Of a stretch of DNA of 64,000 nucleotides, positions 39,158-53,746 are shown in pieces (the first letter of the stretch is position 1; every line of letters starts with the position of its first letter). The notes under the pieces were generated by a model. The model saw only the letters and a program-made list of their open reading frames with translations. It had not been told where the DNA came from and did no database searches. Origin of the DNA: Azolla caroliniana (taxonomy: Eukaryota; Plantae; Polypodiophyta); assembly GCA_043228905.1 (NCBI GenBank), contig JBHGNT010000003.1, positions 4,340,001 through 4,404,000 on the forward strand, in the 5' to 3' direction. The position numbers and the translations under genes were made by a program.

Positions 39158-39174
39158 TACACACACACACACAC

Positions 39175-39205
<31 letters not shown>

Positions 39206-39499
39206 TACATACATACACATACACATACACATACATATACGCATACACAATCACATACACAATCACATTTATGCTTTGAACCTCATTTAGTAGGAATGGT
39301 GCACTTTGGTGTCAATCGAGATTAACAGATACACCGATACACATACACAATCACATTTTATCCTTTGAACCTCATTCAAAACGAATGATGCACTTTGGTG
39401 TCAATCAAGATCAGCAGATACACCGAGCATGCCTACATTTAAAACCTGGAAAGTGTATTGTCTTGGCCATCAAGTGCGGCGATTATAGATGGTGGCATT

Positions 39500-41650
39500 A
39501 TATACCCCATATTTCAAGGATGGTTTCTTAGTAATGTATAAAGTGGTGTGGCTCTCCTTCATTTGATCTCAAGTATATCAACTCCATCATAGGATTTATC
39601 CATTATGTTTCCTTGTTAATCTATTTGTTCCTCTCCTTGCTGCATTTGTTATTGTATCCTCATGGATCCTCATCCTGTAGGTTGTTCCAATGTACATCAC
39701 ATGATTTGATTCCACACATACTCTTGTCCCCTATCCGAAATTCATGAAAGTTGGTACATACTTCCTTCCTAGTTGAAATCATGTACCTCCAAATTGACAA
39801 TACTATACTCTAGAATTCCAACACGACCCTGATTGTCCACATTGTTGTGTCGACAACCCAAACTCACCTAGTGGACAAAAGTCAACTTCTCGAAAGTAGA
39901 TGGCCAAAATTCGGAGGAATATGAGGAGGAAATTGTCTCAAAAATTACACATGCAAAGGTAGGCAGAATAAGAACATATGAGCAGAACACAACCTTGAAT
40001 AATGTCTATTTAATGCAACTTTTATATAAGATTTAGATGTGGAATATGATTTGGTAGCCCTTTAGATAAACAAGTTCAACAACATTGTTTGATCATTAAA
40101 GGATATTAAGATGGGCTTAGATTTGAAGATGCATGTTGTGATGCACTAAGGTAATATTCGGTGGTATGCAACTCAATGATCTATCTTTACCCACCTCCTA
40201 TGGATACATGCACTCACCATAGTGTACAACTCGCTCCTCACAAAAATACATAGACGCAACAATCCATAATGCATACCTCCATGAGCTTGTGTAGGCAAGA
40301 CCACAATTTTTATGTGTCATCCCCCCAAAAAAACATTTTGCCAAATCATCCACTATCGAAACTAATGTTACACCAATAAATGCCACCACTGACCATCATC
40401 AACAACCTAGAAGCCCCATGCCTCTACCAATTTGACATAAATGCATCCTACAAGAAGTTCTAGAGTGCTTCGGGATGGACACGGAGACAAAAAAAGAGAT
40501 CAAATCAATCATAAATGACGAATGGCCACAAGTCGGTTCAATCATTAATAATGTGGTCATGATTTCTCGGGTTTCCCATTTTTATAACACACCAGTTCTC
40601 CTCACATGGCTATTTGGGTTCTATCTACAAATTGGAAAATACAAAATGTAGATTTGTACATATACCTAGAAATATGTTTAGATGAAGTTAAGGATGAGCA
40701 AGTACTAATTCACTAAAGCAAAGAAGATGGTACATTCTTGATCCACTCACGAAATAGTCGAGCCCTCAAGCTCTCTAGCTCTTGCCATTTTTGAGGATTT
40801 GGTTCATGTCAATTTTAATGATAACCCATCCTGTGTTCACGTACCCCACATTTTTCGTAAATGGCCAAATTTTTGTACAACATAGTTGACATATTTGACC
40901 TTGTTCAATTACCCTATCATTCCCCAACATTTTCATAGATAGCATAATGCATTGTTAGAAACACATGCTAAGGGTCATGAAGTTCTTTACTCAAAACTAC
41001 ATCAACAATCTGGAATTTACAACAACTATGCATCCACCTCAAGGACTTCATTTTGAAGCGCTAAGTACCATGATTATGCCCACCATCATTAGGATCTTGC
41101 TTTCAATATCAATAGATGTTCCACTTGTTCACAAATTGCAAGTCTTTGGAACCAGGTCCAAATCATGCAACCTGCTTGCATGACTCAAGACAATGGTGGA
41201 TACTAGGTTCTTTCACTAGCATATCAAATTCCATCACCAGCCATTTAGCATAACATTCGAGATTGAGAATACATAAATTGCTTACCAACACAAACTTCCA
41301 CTACATTTCAAATGGCCCACAAATCAGAACACATCTTACCTTGCACCTCCACACACATCAACCACACATATTAATTCATTTGGCAATTTTTAAGTACTAA
41401 GGACGAATACAAGAGCAACATGGCTCACAAACTCATTGTAAAGTTTCATCACATTTAAACAACGCTTGGGTGATTTACTTGCTTTTTGCCCATTTCATTC
41501 GACTTGGATAGTTCTATTATATTACCTACCTATCTATATTAACTACATTTGATTAAGCAATATTTCATCATGAGACTCCTTGAAATCACCATGATCCCTC
41601 CTCACCTCTTGCAAATAAACACTCCCCACCCTATTTGCAAGCATGCACCA
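39500..41650 (-). mobile_element. Possible highly decayed LINE RT relic
   Basis: Minus-strand motif remnants in the expected order: GDGI (~41235), MILDLVPK (~41150), NDRV (~40915), SIVDD (~40350). Boundaries are approximate. Confidence 0.3.
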
Positions 41651-42345
41651 ATCATACCATAACATCAAAGCTCCCTCTCTCCACTCCTTAATCCCTCCCA
41701 TTATCTTTAATAGCTAATCTAATATTACTAATCCATCTCTTCTAAGAATTCTTGATCGGGGAACAAAAAGGTTGTTTGTTGGTATTATTTCTTCAATATG
41801 ATTTCATTCCATTTTCTCCTCTCGGAAATGTATTGATATTACCCCCAAATAAATCAACAAAAACTTGCGTAATTCATCAATAATTCCTTTTAACACGATC
41901 AAGAACAAGGTAATTCATGGTTCCTAATTGGATCGACTACTCTCAAAAACAAATTTGCCCTTATAAGTCAACTCAACGCTCTAGAAGCCCTAGATCTGAA
42001 ATATATTTTGAGAAAGGTTAACTATATAAACTTGGAATCCAACCAAGATTGATGACAACACTCAGACATTCTAGAAACCTTTACTTTTCATATAACACTC
42101 AACATTTCGTGTATCGTCTAGAAATATAGAGTAATTTTCGCATATCACCCAACATTAATGGGTGTTTTTTCATGTATCATCCAATAATGAAGTGTAGTTC
42201 CCGTATATCACCCAATATAAAGGGTATTTTTGTATACTGCCCAATATGAAGACTATTTTCCATACATCACCCATTTTCAAAATTGTCCCTTATTATTACT
42301 ATAGTGAGATCCTCATAAAATCTTGAATGATAATGGGGTGTTACA

Positions 42346-45300
42346 TCAGATAATCTCCCGCCTAATAGAGAACAAAACCTTCTCATCTTCAATCTTCATT
42401 TCGCACGTGAGGTTGAGCTCATCGATTTCTTCTCTCACACTACGCATCTCGTCATCGTTGAGCCATGAAGAGACCTTGAGAAGAGCAAACTCTTTCCCTT
42501 CATCAATGAAGTATTCGAGTGCTATATCACCTTTTAATGTTTGACACCTTGTGAAGTGTTTCAGCCCTACTATGGTTGGCATTGTCTCCAATGAGCTTCT
42601 ATCAATGGTGAAAGTCTCCTCATTGAAGGCTCGTATAAGGTCCTTTATAGCACTCGTCCAAATGGGTTGAGCAAAAGCGAAGAACTTGTGAATGCTTTGA
42701 GAAGGAAGTGAAACCTTCCCCAATTTTACCTCATCTGGGTCTCCTCTTCCATGATAATCTGACCCTCCAAGCTTTAAGAGTTCATAAGTCTCAGCTAATG
42801 TTGAAAACCCTAAGAAGAAGAAAAAGGAAGGCAAAAATCATTGAAAAAGTGGTCTTCTCTTAGAAAGAGAACATAGCATCATGCATCAAGTTAGGAACTC
42901 TCAACCTCTATTGAAACCAATGGCATTATCTTACTCAAGGTTTGAACTCAAAAACTTCTTAAGTTAGTCAAGGTTTTAAGTCAACACCTCTTTAGTTAAT
43001 CAAGGTTTGAACTTGACACATCTTAAGTTGAGATTAAGGACATATTATGTGAGTGTAAACCAATAACATTATGGAGAGACAAAAGAGAAGGTAAATCAAG
43101 AGACTCACCATTTGGTTTTTTATCAGCTCTATAGACTTCCATGGCATGAAGACCAACAAGTTTCAACCTTTTCACAAGGGATAGGGGATCTTTCAAGGAC
43201 CAAGGGTGAGCAAGGCAAGCGATTCCTCCAGTCTCTATCACAAGCGACACTGCATCCTCCGCGGACAAAGCAAATCCTCTGCATGAAGAAAATGCCATTT
43301 ATTATGACATGGTGCACATGGTCTTCACTTGGGTGCACAACAAATAGCCCTAGAGGTCCATCAACCATTAATTTGGCTTTAAGTGTCCATCAGTTACAAG
43401 ACAGTGCCCACCATTCAAATATCATAGAGATAACTAATGGGTGGTGCTCGAGTAATTTCCGATAGCTTATAGGCATCAAACCCTTAGTGTATTCTTATAA
43501 ATGACAAAAAAGAAGTACATAGAGTTCTCCTCACTTAACTGTTCATATGCAGGACCTCCATCATACAAGTACTTGTTAAAAGCTTCTCTGAAGGTGTCCA
43601 CATGCCCAGCCTCTAATAGGGCCCTAGCAATGTGAACCCTGCCAGGGGCAACACCGACCCCTGCCATCGCAACAACTCTTCCCCATGTTATCGGTTTCCC
43701 TAAAGATGTCAGCTTCCTGACTATCGACTCGGCTCGACGAACACGAGCCTCACGGATCCCCGATAACACTTTCTCAAGCTGCTCGTACTTTGTGGGTCCG
43801 CAGCCACTGTAATAACCCAAGATGTGAACAGGCTCTCCATAGCCATTCTCCTTCCTAGTAGGTCATGCATACCACAAACACAAAGATAAAGAATGTTGAA
43901 TTGGAATTGTTGGTATAAAAAAGATGGCATTAAACATGTGAAGAGTTAGACACTGTTTCATCTATCATGTTTTTTCATATATAGCTTTCATGAGCATTAT
44001 AAGCTTATTGTCTGTGAGGCTAGGTAGATTATATACTTAGATACTTATTTAATTTTTCACCTCGCCTACATAAGATCATAACGTCCATAGTTTTAGACAC
44101 CATTGTAATCTCCCTCACATTTTCCCCCTATGCAGGGTTCATTCATAATGAGCTTATGTGTCCAAAAGACAAAGGGACATTATACACTTAGCTAGCCTTT
44201 CTATTCTCCATCTCCCCTACATAAGCTCATTATATATGTCAGGGGTTGGGGAGTTCTAGCCATCATTTTATCATCCTCAAGTTTATTATAAGACTATGAA
44301 TCTACAAGGACATGAGACATATACACATCGCTAGCTTTTCTTAATATCTGCCTCACCCAAATAAGCTCAAAACGGTCAGAATCAGGAAATCGTAGTTTTA
44401 GACACCAATTTATCTCCCTCAAGTTTTTCCACCATATGGCATTCATTCATTAAGCTTATTTGTGGATAAGCTCTTATGTGTGGATAAGCTCTTATATGTG
44501 GATAAGCTTATTACATTTGGATAAGCTTTTTATTCTCCATCTTGCCTACATAAGATCATACTTTCAGTCAAGATCAGGGAATTGTAGTTTCAGACCCCAC
44601 TATATTTTGCTCATGTTTTTCGAGCTCATGAATCCGCAAGATCATTGAACATTATAGGCAAAGCTAGCTTTTTTATTCTCTGTCTTGCCAGCACAAGTTC
44701 ATAGTGTAAGAAGTGCAGGAGGAACATTTATTTCTAAAAGAAAACAAAAAAAAAATTTAGCCTTTTTAGAAGTATCTAAGGTAATTGGGTAGGCTTGTTA
44801 TGAACAATAACTCATTATGTTCAAAAAGGATTTCATTGTTAGATTCATCACTAAATTTAGCCAACCATTAGCCACCACAAATATGAAGGATATTCTTCGA
44901 ATTCATCCAGCAAATAATGCTTCTAAGCTACTAATTGAGACCAAAGATTTTATATATATATGTATACCATGATCCCACTATGGCACTTATTTCGACTCCT
45001 GGGATCAACCGGATACCGAGCTTGTTGGCAGCCTCCAATGCTTCGGGTACTCCTTCCATTGTATCATGATCGGTTAATGCAAGAACTTGTACCTAAAACC
45101 AATTCAACAAAACAAGCAATTAGATATATTTCGCAGACATACTCGTTTGCAGTTGGTCATAGTAGTTTGACAGAGGTCAAGGTAGGGCTAAATATAAACA
45201 GCATTAGCTCCTAGGTCAGGAATTTGGGCTGATCAAAGGGTCCTAAGAGGTCAATAATCTCGAATCCAAATAAGAAAATAAGATATGTGGGATGTATGGA

Positions 45301-45560
45301 TGGTGAGAAGATGGGAATGGAGGAGAATTGATTAGTTAGTTAGGTTAGTTAGGTTAGTTAGGAAAGCTAGTTACTGAGGTAAGGTAACATACCCCGCGCG
45401 AAGCAGCTTTCTCGACAAGCCGAAGTGGAGAGAGCATACCATCACTGCAAGTAGAGTGAGTGTGAAGATCAATGATTGGGGGTTTATTCTCTATTGGTGA
45501 TGATGATGATGTAGGGAAGAAGCCAGCACATGAAGAAGAAGAATGATGATGATAATCCAT
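42346..45560 (-). CDS. PHP-family metallophosphoesterase (YciV/TrpH-like; 3',5'-nucleoside bisphosphate phosphatase / RNase AM-like)
   Basis: Exons 45560-45393, 45092-44968, 43854-43540, 43278-43109, 42809-42346. PHP motifs DLHTHSTCSDG, ALTDHDT, IPGVEIS, PVHILGY, GRVHIARAL, LAHPWS, GGSDYHG. The start codon is uncertain. Confidence 0.9.
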
Positions 45561-46280
45561 GTGAAATCTAAGGAAGAGAGGGAGAGAGGGAGATGAAAAT
45601 TGTCAAGAAGTATGGTTCATTACCCCACATAGCATCATCATCATTATCATTATCATGATTCTAATGGAGTTTTGCCCTAGATTTACATCAATAACAGAGG
45701 AAGAAAGGAGGGTATATTGGTTTAAACAGAAGCTTAAGAGAATGAGAGATCAATGATGGGTAGAATGAGTAGTAAACGTATACCTGTATATATATATATG
45801 GAGATGGATGCAAATATATGTATTTTTTTTTTATATGCACAGATTGATTGATTGATTGATTGATTGAGAGAGAGAAAGAGATACCAATCCCTCCATATCT
45901 GTCAAGCCCATGCCATTAATTTGATGTCATTATCCTTCTTCTTCTTCCTCCTCTTATTCTTCTCTTCACTGTTTAGAAGAAGTCTTTACCCCCCCCCCCC
46001 CCCCCCACCTCGAACAGTGACATTTAACTCACAAATCCTTCTTGTCTAAGGAAAAGTGAAAACAGAGAGAGAAGACGGGGACGGGAGAAGGCGAGAAAAG
46101 CCAAAAGCAAAAACACCAGAAAACAAAGAAAATCAACGCAGACAGAGGAGGGCCTGTCCTCCAGTTCCTTCCATCCTTTCTTCTGCTCTTTCTTTTTTTC
46201 TCTTTCTTCCCTGGTCCTATTCAAACCATCTTCTTCGTTCTTTTCTTGCTTTCCATGCTCTTTTCTTTTGTTCTTTTCTT

Positions 46281-46345
46281 TGGGCTTGTCCTTCTGAGCT
46301 TCCTGACAAAACCCTAAACCCTAAAAAGCAGAGCCCATTAAGGGT
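46281..46345 (-). promoter_or_regulatory. Telo-box and site II-like module upstream of the PHP gene
   Basis: TGGGCT at 46281, AAAACCCTAAACCCTAA at ~46308-46324, AGCCCA at ~46332. Confidence 0.45.
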
Positions 46346-46611
46346 TTTGTTTCTTTTCTGTTCTTCTAACTGAGATCAGAGCAGGGGGCAGGGGAAGCAC
46401 CAGTCCCACCATTTAACTATTCAATGCTCTGTCCAAACCCTAAAACCTTTGTCTTATTTAGTTTTTACAAATATTGCATTCTTGTCTTGGCCTTGTAAAA
46501 GCCATAACACACATAGATACACACAAATATATCTTCATATACATATATATATATATATATGACCACCCAAATGCAGGCAACATCACGATCGCATCCAACT
46601 ACCTTTGAGAG

Positions 46612-46926
46612 CTCACGGGTTCCTTCGTGGCGCATGAGTTCTTTCGTGGCCTCCTAGCCCCTTCCCAATGGTCACGGGTTCCGTCGTGGCTCACAAGTTC
46701 TTTCGTAATCTCCTGGCTCCTTCCCAATGGTCACGGTACGAGTTCCTTCGTGGCTCACAAATTCTTTCGTGACCTCCTAGCTCCTTCCCAATGGTCACGG
46801 TACATCTTCCTTCGTGGCTCACAAGTTCTTTCGAGACCTCTTGGCTCCTTCCCGATGGTCACAGGTTCCTTCATGGCTCATGAGTTCTTTTGTGGCCTCC
46901 TAGCTACTTCCCAATGGTCACAAGTT
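46612..46926. repeat. GC-rich minisatellite, five copies of a 59-64 bp unit
   Basis: TCACGGGTTCCTTCGTGGCTCACAAGTTCTTTCGTGGCCTCCTAGCTCCTTCCCAATGG repeated head-to-tail. Confidence 0.9.
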
Positions 46927-48620
46927 GTTCCGTTAAGTTTTAGGCCGATGAACCACCCCCGTGTGACTTGCAAACCCTGTGGTCTTCAACTTCTAGTAGT
47001 TTTGTGTTGATGAACCAACTTGTGTGGACTAACTCGCAAACCCTTGTTGTCCTCGATTGTTTTGTGGCCTCCAATTTCTAGTAGTCTTGCGTTGATGAAC
47101 CAGCCTAGGCGAGCTATTTGGTCTATGAACATAAGGTCAGGACCATGAGCTCAAACAAATCCTTTCTTTGTCTTTCCATCTTTGATCACGTGAGAGTTTG
47201 CTTTCAATCTCCTAGTTTGCCATTTGTCACAGTGTGCACTCTCAATCGCAATGTTCCATAGCAAAAAGTTATTGGACATTGAGATGAAAATACCAAACAT
47301 ATTGCTATGTGAAAATGGTTCGCCTTTGGTGCCATAGGTCATACTCTATCGACAATACTAAAATCTATTGTCTTATCTATCTCATGGTTATCAAGGGGTT
47401 CTTGACTTTTTCATTAGATGGTTACAATCCAGGAGTTCCTTCACTCTTACACACACTCTTAACAATTTTGCTAGTAAGATACGTTGACCAATGTATAAAG
47501 GAGTTGTTGATCCTCACATGCTCTCTCAACTATATATGTAAGTTGTGGACCCAATATACCATACACAAAAATGCGAGGACCTAGGTTTGATCTCACCATG
47601 GGCTTCACCATATCCATTAGATGATTACGATCGACCTCTCGTGGACAATAAAAATGTCTCCCTCAATAACTAAGTGAGAAGTGGATTGAAACACGTTGAG
47701 GAACTCATGATCCTCACATACTCTGTAAAGTAGTAAGTAAGCATTTGACCTAAGGCACTTTTGGTCAGCACTCTCTCATTCTCTATCTTAAATTGCCTAT
47801 TAAATGGCAAGTAAATAGCGCATTGAGGTAGTCGACCTATCATGCATGAATTTTGACATACATACTCTTTCTTGTTCTCTCTGTAAATGTTCTCTTAAAT
47901 GATAAGCGTAGGTCAGTCAAAATACCATGCACACTTTTTAGTATGCATGCTCTTCCCCTACTCTCCCTTGTTAACCTTGATGTATCCCTCCAAACATTTG
48001 TCTAACAACCACAAGACGTTGTCTCAAATTTAGTGTTCATGTATAAATTCTTGAACTTCAAGGGTCACTTACCAACTCCACACACACTACATTAAAATGA
48101 TTCAATTTTCTCCCATAGGTAATGTTGACTGTAGGGAACACATTATATTGGCAATGTTACACTGACCTACAAAAACCATATTCCTCGCCGAAGGGGGAAA
48201 CAACACACATCAATACATGTTAGAGTCCATTATGTTGTCTATCATAGGAACCATTGCTCCCATATGAGTAAGTTTACATTCACTTCAATGTGACTCGTGA
48301 GATAGGACGTAGGGGCACAAGTGATGAGACTAGTCAACCATGCAAAATTTTGCCCCAAAACATGACAGGGAGTTTGAGTTTGAGTATCAAACTTCGATAC
48401 AATGCTTTGCTTTTGATTATATTCAAATATGCTTTCCACACCTCTTCAATCAAACCCAATCCTTCCACAAATTTCCCTTACACTCGCAATGTGTCCTCAC
48501 AATTGTGACGTTCATTAGTAAAGCTCGTGAACATTGAGAGTCACGACTGTGTATTACATGGAAATGCTATATTTTTCATCTCATAGATCATATTTGACCT
48601 CCAAAGACGATAATAAAAAT

Positions 48621-48685
<65 letters not shown>
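48621..48685. repeat. (CT)n(CA)n compound microsatellite
   Basis: Read directly. Confidence 0.9.
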
Positions 48686-48686
<1 letters not shown>

Positions 48687-51600
48687 GGTAGCGAATCATA
48701 CCTAAGATGATGTTCACACAATTGGCAACCTAGATAATTTTTTGCTTAGAGAAGAGAGATCCGTTCATTGGTATATAAATATTCTAATCCGCAAAACAGG
48801 GGAATATATCCTCTTTCAATGAAATGAAAAAAAAACATGTAAGCAATTTGGTTCCATAAAGTCATGTTTCTAGTCATCTTAAGAATGTTTTTATATAAGT
48901 GGATCATCATTCGCTTCCCTTTCTGTTTTCTTATATAAGAGCTATACCCTAGCATAAACAAAGTTTTGGGTACCTTATGTACTGAGGTTCAAATCTCATT
49001 ACATGTACTAATTTACTAGATGCCACTATGAAATGTAGGTGTTGAATGTATGCCATTATAGTTTTTTTTTTGTCTAGACTCTAATGATCATCTCTTGTTC
49101 TGTCTCAAATAAAATAAATAGCTTGAATATTTTTATAGATGAGCTTCGTAAAAAGTAGGAGTTGAACAATTAACTTTCCGTGCCAACAGACCTACATCAA
49201 TCTGTGTATATATGTGTGCACATTCCCATATATAACTCAATAATGCATTGTTGTATTATGTATGTGTGCAACCTTATGGAGATTTCATCACATTAGTGAT
49301 TTCTTTCATCCTACTAGATTATCCCTTTGAGTTAAATACACAACCATAGCTTTGGATTGACAATTTCTTCATTTACTAATTGCATGTCATTAATACTAAA
49401 CGTGGTATAAATATAATGGACTTATGCCATTGTGGCAAAATAGCTGGGGTCATTGTAATCCAATGACATGATTCTCCATCGCTTTGATATTGTCTCCTCA
49501 TTGACTATAATCAAACTTTGATATGTTTGTGGACCATCACGACCCTCTAAATATATCTTTGTTTTTTGGATGCTCGGATGCTCCATTCCTTTTATAATGT
49601 ATATAAATATTAAACATTATCCTCATTTAATATGGCTTCACAAGTTGGATGCAACTCCTCTCAACTTTAATAGTCTTGTTGTTGATGGACTTGCCCATAG
49701 ATTCACCTACTTTTGTGATTGACACAACTACTTCTAGAGACAATTTAGGCTACTCATGTTGTATGTCATAATCAACCGATAGTCTAAACAATCCAAGGCA
49801 AATGCAACCAAGATTTAGCAACTAATTTGCTCTAGGTCTAACACTTATCTTACTACCCATTAAGCCACACGTCAAAGTGTTTGAAATGCCCCACATAATA
49901 CAGGTGGTTCAAAGATGACATGCATTAAGACTTGCTTAAAAGTATGGCTCTATGTAAGCTACAAACACTGTTACAACTCTATGTACACCACAAATACTGT
50001 AGTTGAGGTAAACATCTAACCACTGAACCTATATCTTGTTGTTATAGCTTTAAAGTGCACGTGATGATATATCAATTTGACCAACATATCGATCGAATTA
50101 TGTTGAAGAAAAATGTAAGATTTGATTGACTATCATAATTTGGTGTCTTCAAATAACGTTATGGGATTTCAATTATGAAAACGGATGTGACTTCCAATTC
50201 ACTATGCATGAGTCTTACACATCTTCAAGTTCACAAAAATCGAAAGTTTTGATCCATGGGCTACTCTTTTTTCTTTTTTCTTTTTTTTTTTCCAAAAAAT
50301 CCATGGGCTACTCTTTCGTAGATATGTCATTGAAAATGAACTCGTACATAGTTGTTGCAAGTGTCGAGCTCTAACTTTAAAGTGCCAACACCAATACAAC
50401 CTTCAAATCAATGCAACTTAAGATGTTCTTATTCGCCACTACTCGCAAATGCTCGTCATTATGAATGCATCTAACATTGGTGAAACAAGTCTCTCAACAA
50501 TTAGACATAAAAATATTTAACTATAAGATTTATAACTTCTTGAAATGAATTTAATTTCTCCTCTTCAATGTACTTTGTAAGTAAAAATATGTTTATTCCG
50601 AAGTTAAAATTGTGCATTTGTTAAGCTTTGATGCGCTCAACCAATCTAATACCCATACAACAACCGAAAAGATTTCTTTCTTGAGAAACATCTAACCTTC
50701 CCTAGTGATAAAATGGAACAAGGTAGAGGTAGTGTTCTTTTCATATCATTATATGCATCCAAACATGCAATGTATATGAGCTCATTATATGCATCAAAAC
50801 ATCCAAACATGCAATATGTCACGTGCCTAGCACCACCCAAATCCATATGTAATAAATAGTATCTACAAAATATTCAATAAATTACTTGTTTCAATCGACA
50901 CTTGTGCTATATGATCACCACAAGGACAAAAAACTTGTCATACTTTAAAAAAGCTCAAACTTCTCAATTTGGTAGTATTTGACTGATGGATGCACAAAAA
51001 TGCCAAAGTTATGCACACCTACCCACTAAACTTCAATGGACCTTTAACGTATGAAGCTTATATGATGTGACTATTACAATACTAGAATTAGAAATCCTTT
51101 TAGCTCCACAAGACTCATTAGCTTTACATGTCTAATTCTTTTGTGCCATAGCTCCACATTTCTAATGAGCTCATGAAAAGAGGAACTTGTAATCTATCTT
51201 TGTGATGGAAATCTGTGTACAAAAGATAAATATATGGCCTTGATTATGAGCATGTGTGAATAATGTAATGTTTTAATCAAAGTTCCCAATGAAGCAATTG
51301 GCTTATTTCATACCCAAGACTTTTCATCAAGGTTGAATGATAAAATGTTTTTCCTCAAGACACTTTGAAGAGGTGAGTGTATGATTCCCCATACTAATCT
51401 CTCCCCATTATATTACATATGTGATTTATATCTTCAAATTGATGGTTTACATCTCTATTTGGTGGGGCATCATACATGTGGTTTGCACCATTCATCAAGT
51501 TGCCAATAGGTAGAGGCATCTTATAAAGAAACTATTTATAACAACCATGATACTCGATGTTGTCATGGTGACAATATTTTTCTCAGATATTTCATGTTTT

Positions 51601-53599
51601 TAAGCTTGTCATATGACCGACACACACCATCATGACCACACCATGTTCTCTCCAATATGTTGTCATGACCATGGAAAACTCCGCCTCTTTCCAATGTGTT
51701 TGATAAAGCGCCTTTGCCTTTTGATCTCACTTTCGTCTCCAAAGACCTGGCAAGAAAAGAAAAGAAAAACATTCTTCATGGTACCTTTTTTATTTGTGAA
51801 AGATGAAAATTTTAATGCATGTAAAAGAGCTTTACAATATCAGTGTACCCTCAAAACCTTAAATTCATGGCAAAAGCTAAATTTACCATTACAATTTACC
51901 ACTTGATTGCATACCAATCAATACTACACTTCGACCTTCACGCTCTACAACCCAAGTTTCTAATATTGATCCCTTAACCTACCTTTGGGAAAAAACATCC
52001 TCATCCATTACATGCTTTTGACAAGTTTTTGGTAGCACATCGATGTACGTGTGATAGGTCACATGTCTTGTCTCCCTTTATTATATGAATCACATGTGCA
52101 TTTTCAATTCTCGAAGGTATAGGATTATGGGTACTACATTTGATCTACCAATGAATTGTTTTACAAATATTTGACTTTTTGTAAGTATGCTAAGAGTGCA
52201 GGAGCACACATGGGCATATATATAGCCAAGCATCCTACATGGATGAAATATGTATGCCTAGTGTTAAAACATTCACACCTATCTCTTTCACGTTCTAACT
52301 AAGTAAAATGGGTAGAAGTCAGAGACCCATACAAGTGAACTACAAAAAATACGCGATGTCTTCCCATTCAATTGAGTGTGTACTATTGCTAAAACTTTTG
52401 ATAACGTGGGTCATTTTCATACTTGTGAGAAGTGATCTATCCAATGTGAGTCAAAGACATTAATATATAAACAACATTTTGTTCCTATGTGTGTTGTTGT
52501 GTAACAAGTGTTATGCTACAGTCTAACGTAACATCACAATGAAAGTGTTTCGAACTACTCCAAGGACATTTTTCTTTATTTTTTGATGGATATTCAAGGT
52601 GGAATAACACAAATAACGTTGAGAGGAACAATATATGCACAAGAGGGTATTGGTACACAAACTTATTCATGTGCATGTTACTTCTCATAGAACATGGAAC
52701 CCTTTGCCTTCACGAATGAATACCAAAACCTATAATGGAGAGAGCCAACTAGTATATCTTTGCAACATCTTTTCCTCTTATGAATGTCATTGTTAGAAAA
52801 TTATGTTTACTTAGAATATGTAAGTGTATGAGGTTGTGTGATACATACTTTTAATTGGTCTAATCAGTATCATTTGGGACCCATGGGTTACATGAAATGT
52901 ATAATCCACTTATATCTTGACCATTTGTGGTTTGACGTTGACATTAGATTTGTTATCTTTTTACTATTTTGGGTAAAATATTACTGTGAAAAAAATACTA
53001 GCTTGTATTTAGATTTACCAACAATGGAATTTCAAAGTAATTGCTAATATTTGCTCATTTTGATCTATGGAATAAATACAAATTCAAGTAAAATGGCAAT
53101 TATCTGAAGTTGATAAATCATCATAATTTGTATCTCAACTATACCTTGTTAAGAAATGTTATGTCACACCATGCAAGTACCTTCTCTAGGGGTGGATGAT
53201 AATTTTTGTTTTCTTCTTAAAATAAAAGAGATTTAAGGATTCGTGGTCTCAACCATTGGTAAAATCTCACAATTTATCGTGAATGTAAAAATAGTATAAA
53301 TCAACCTCGAATCAAGTTATGTCTCCTAACAAATTTAAGTTACGAAGGATAATTCCTTGACTATGTTGACACATTTATTTATCGAAGACTTTGTTCACAT
53401 GCCTTAAGAATTTTCTTGATAGTTTGATATGAAATTGTATATTTCCTTTCATGTTACAAATCATTCTCTATTCAATTCCAAACGTTTGCTCATGGTGGGC
53501 TTTATGCAATTGTATATTTCCTTTCATGCTCGTCATGGAGTTGGTTTTTCGTCCCAATGGGGTTCTTTCCCGAAAACCCCTATGTTAGAGGACGTATGG

Positions 53600-53746
53600 T
53601 GTTACGGGCATGACCATATAATATCCCGTGGTGAGAATTTACCGTAGTATTCTTTACACTCTCGTTTAACCATCACACTTATCCACGTGTATAGAATACT
53701 ACGATAAATTCTCACCACGGGATATTATATGGTCATGCCCATAACA
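53600..53746. mobile_element. 147-bp hairpin element: 60-bp inverted arms, TG...CA ends, 5-bp TSD
   Basis: Arms 53600-53659 and 53687-53746 match at 57/60 positions around a 27-nt loop. TATGG lies at 53595-53599 and 53747-53751. Confidence 0.85.

Noticed and set aside
42346-45560. Recent bacterial HGT origin of the PHP gene
   Set aside because: It has four spliceosomal introns, and the family is present in other land plants.
47570-47610. tRNA-like GGTTTGATCTC...CACCA
   Set aside because: No cloverleaf, D-arm or anticodon arm; at most a SINE remnant.
47600-53400. Possible decayed DNA transposase in the AT-rich block
   Set aside because: Only isolated ambiguous motifs; no ordered domain could be reconstructed by eye.
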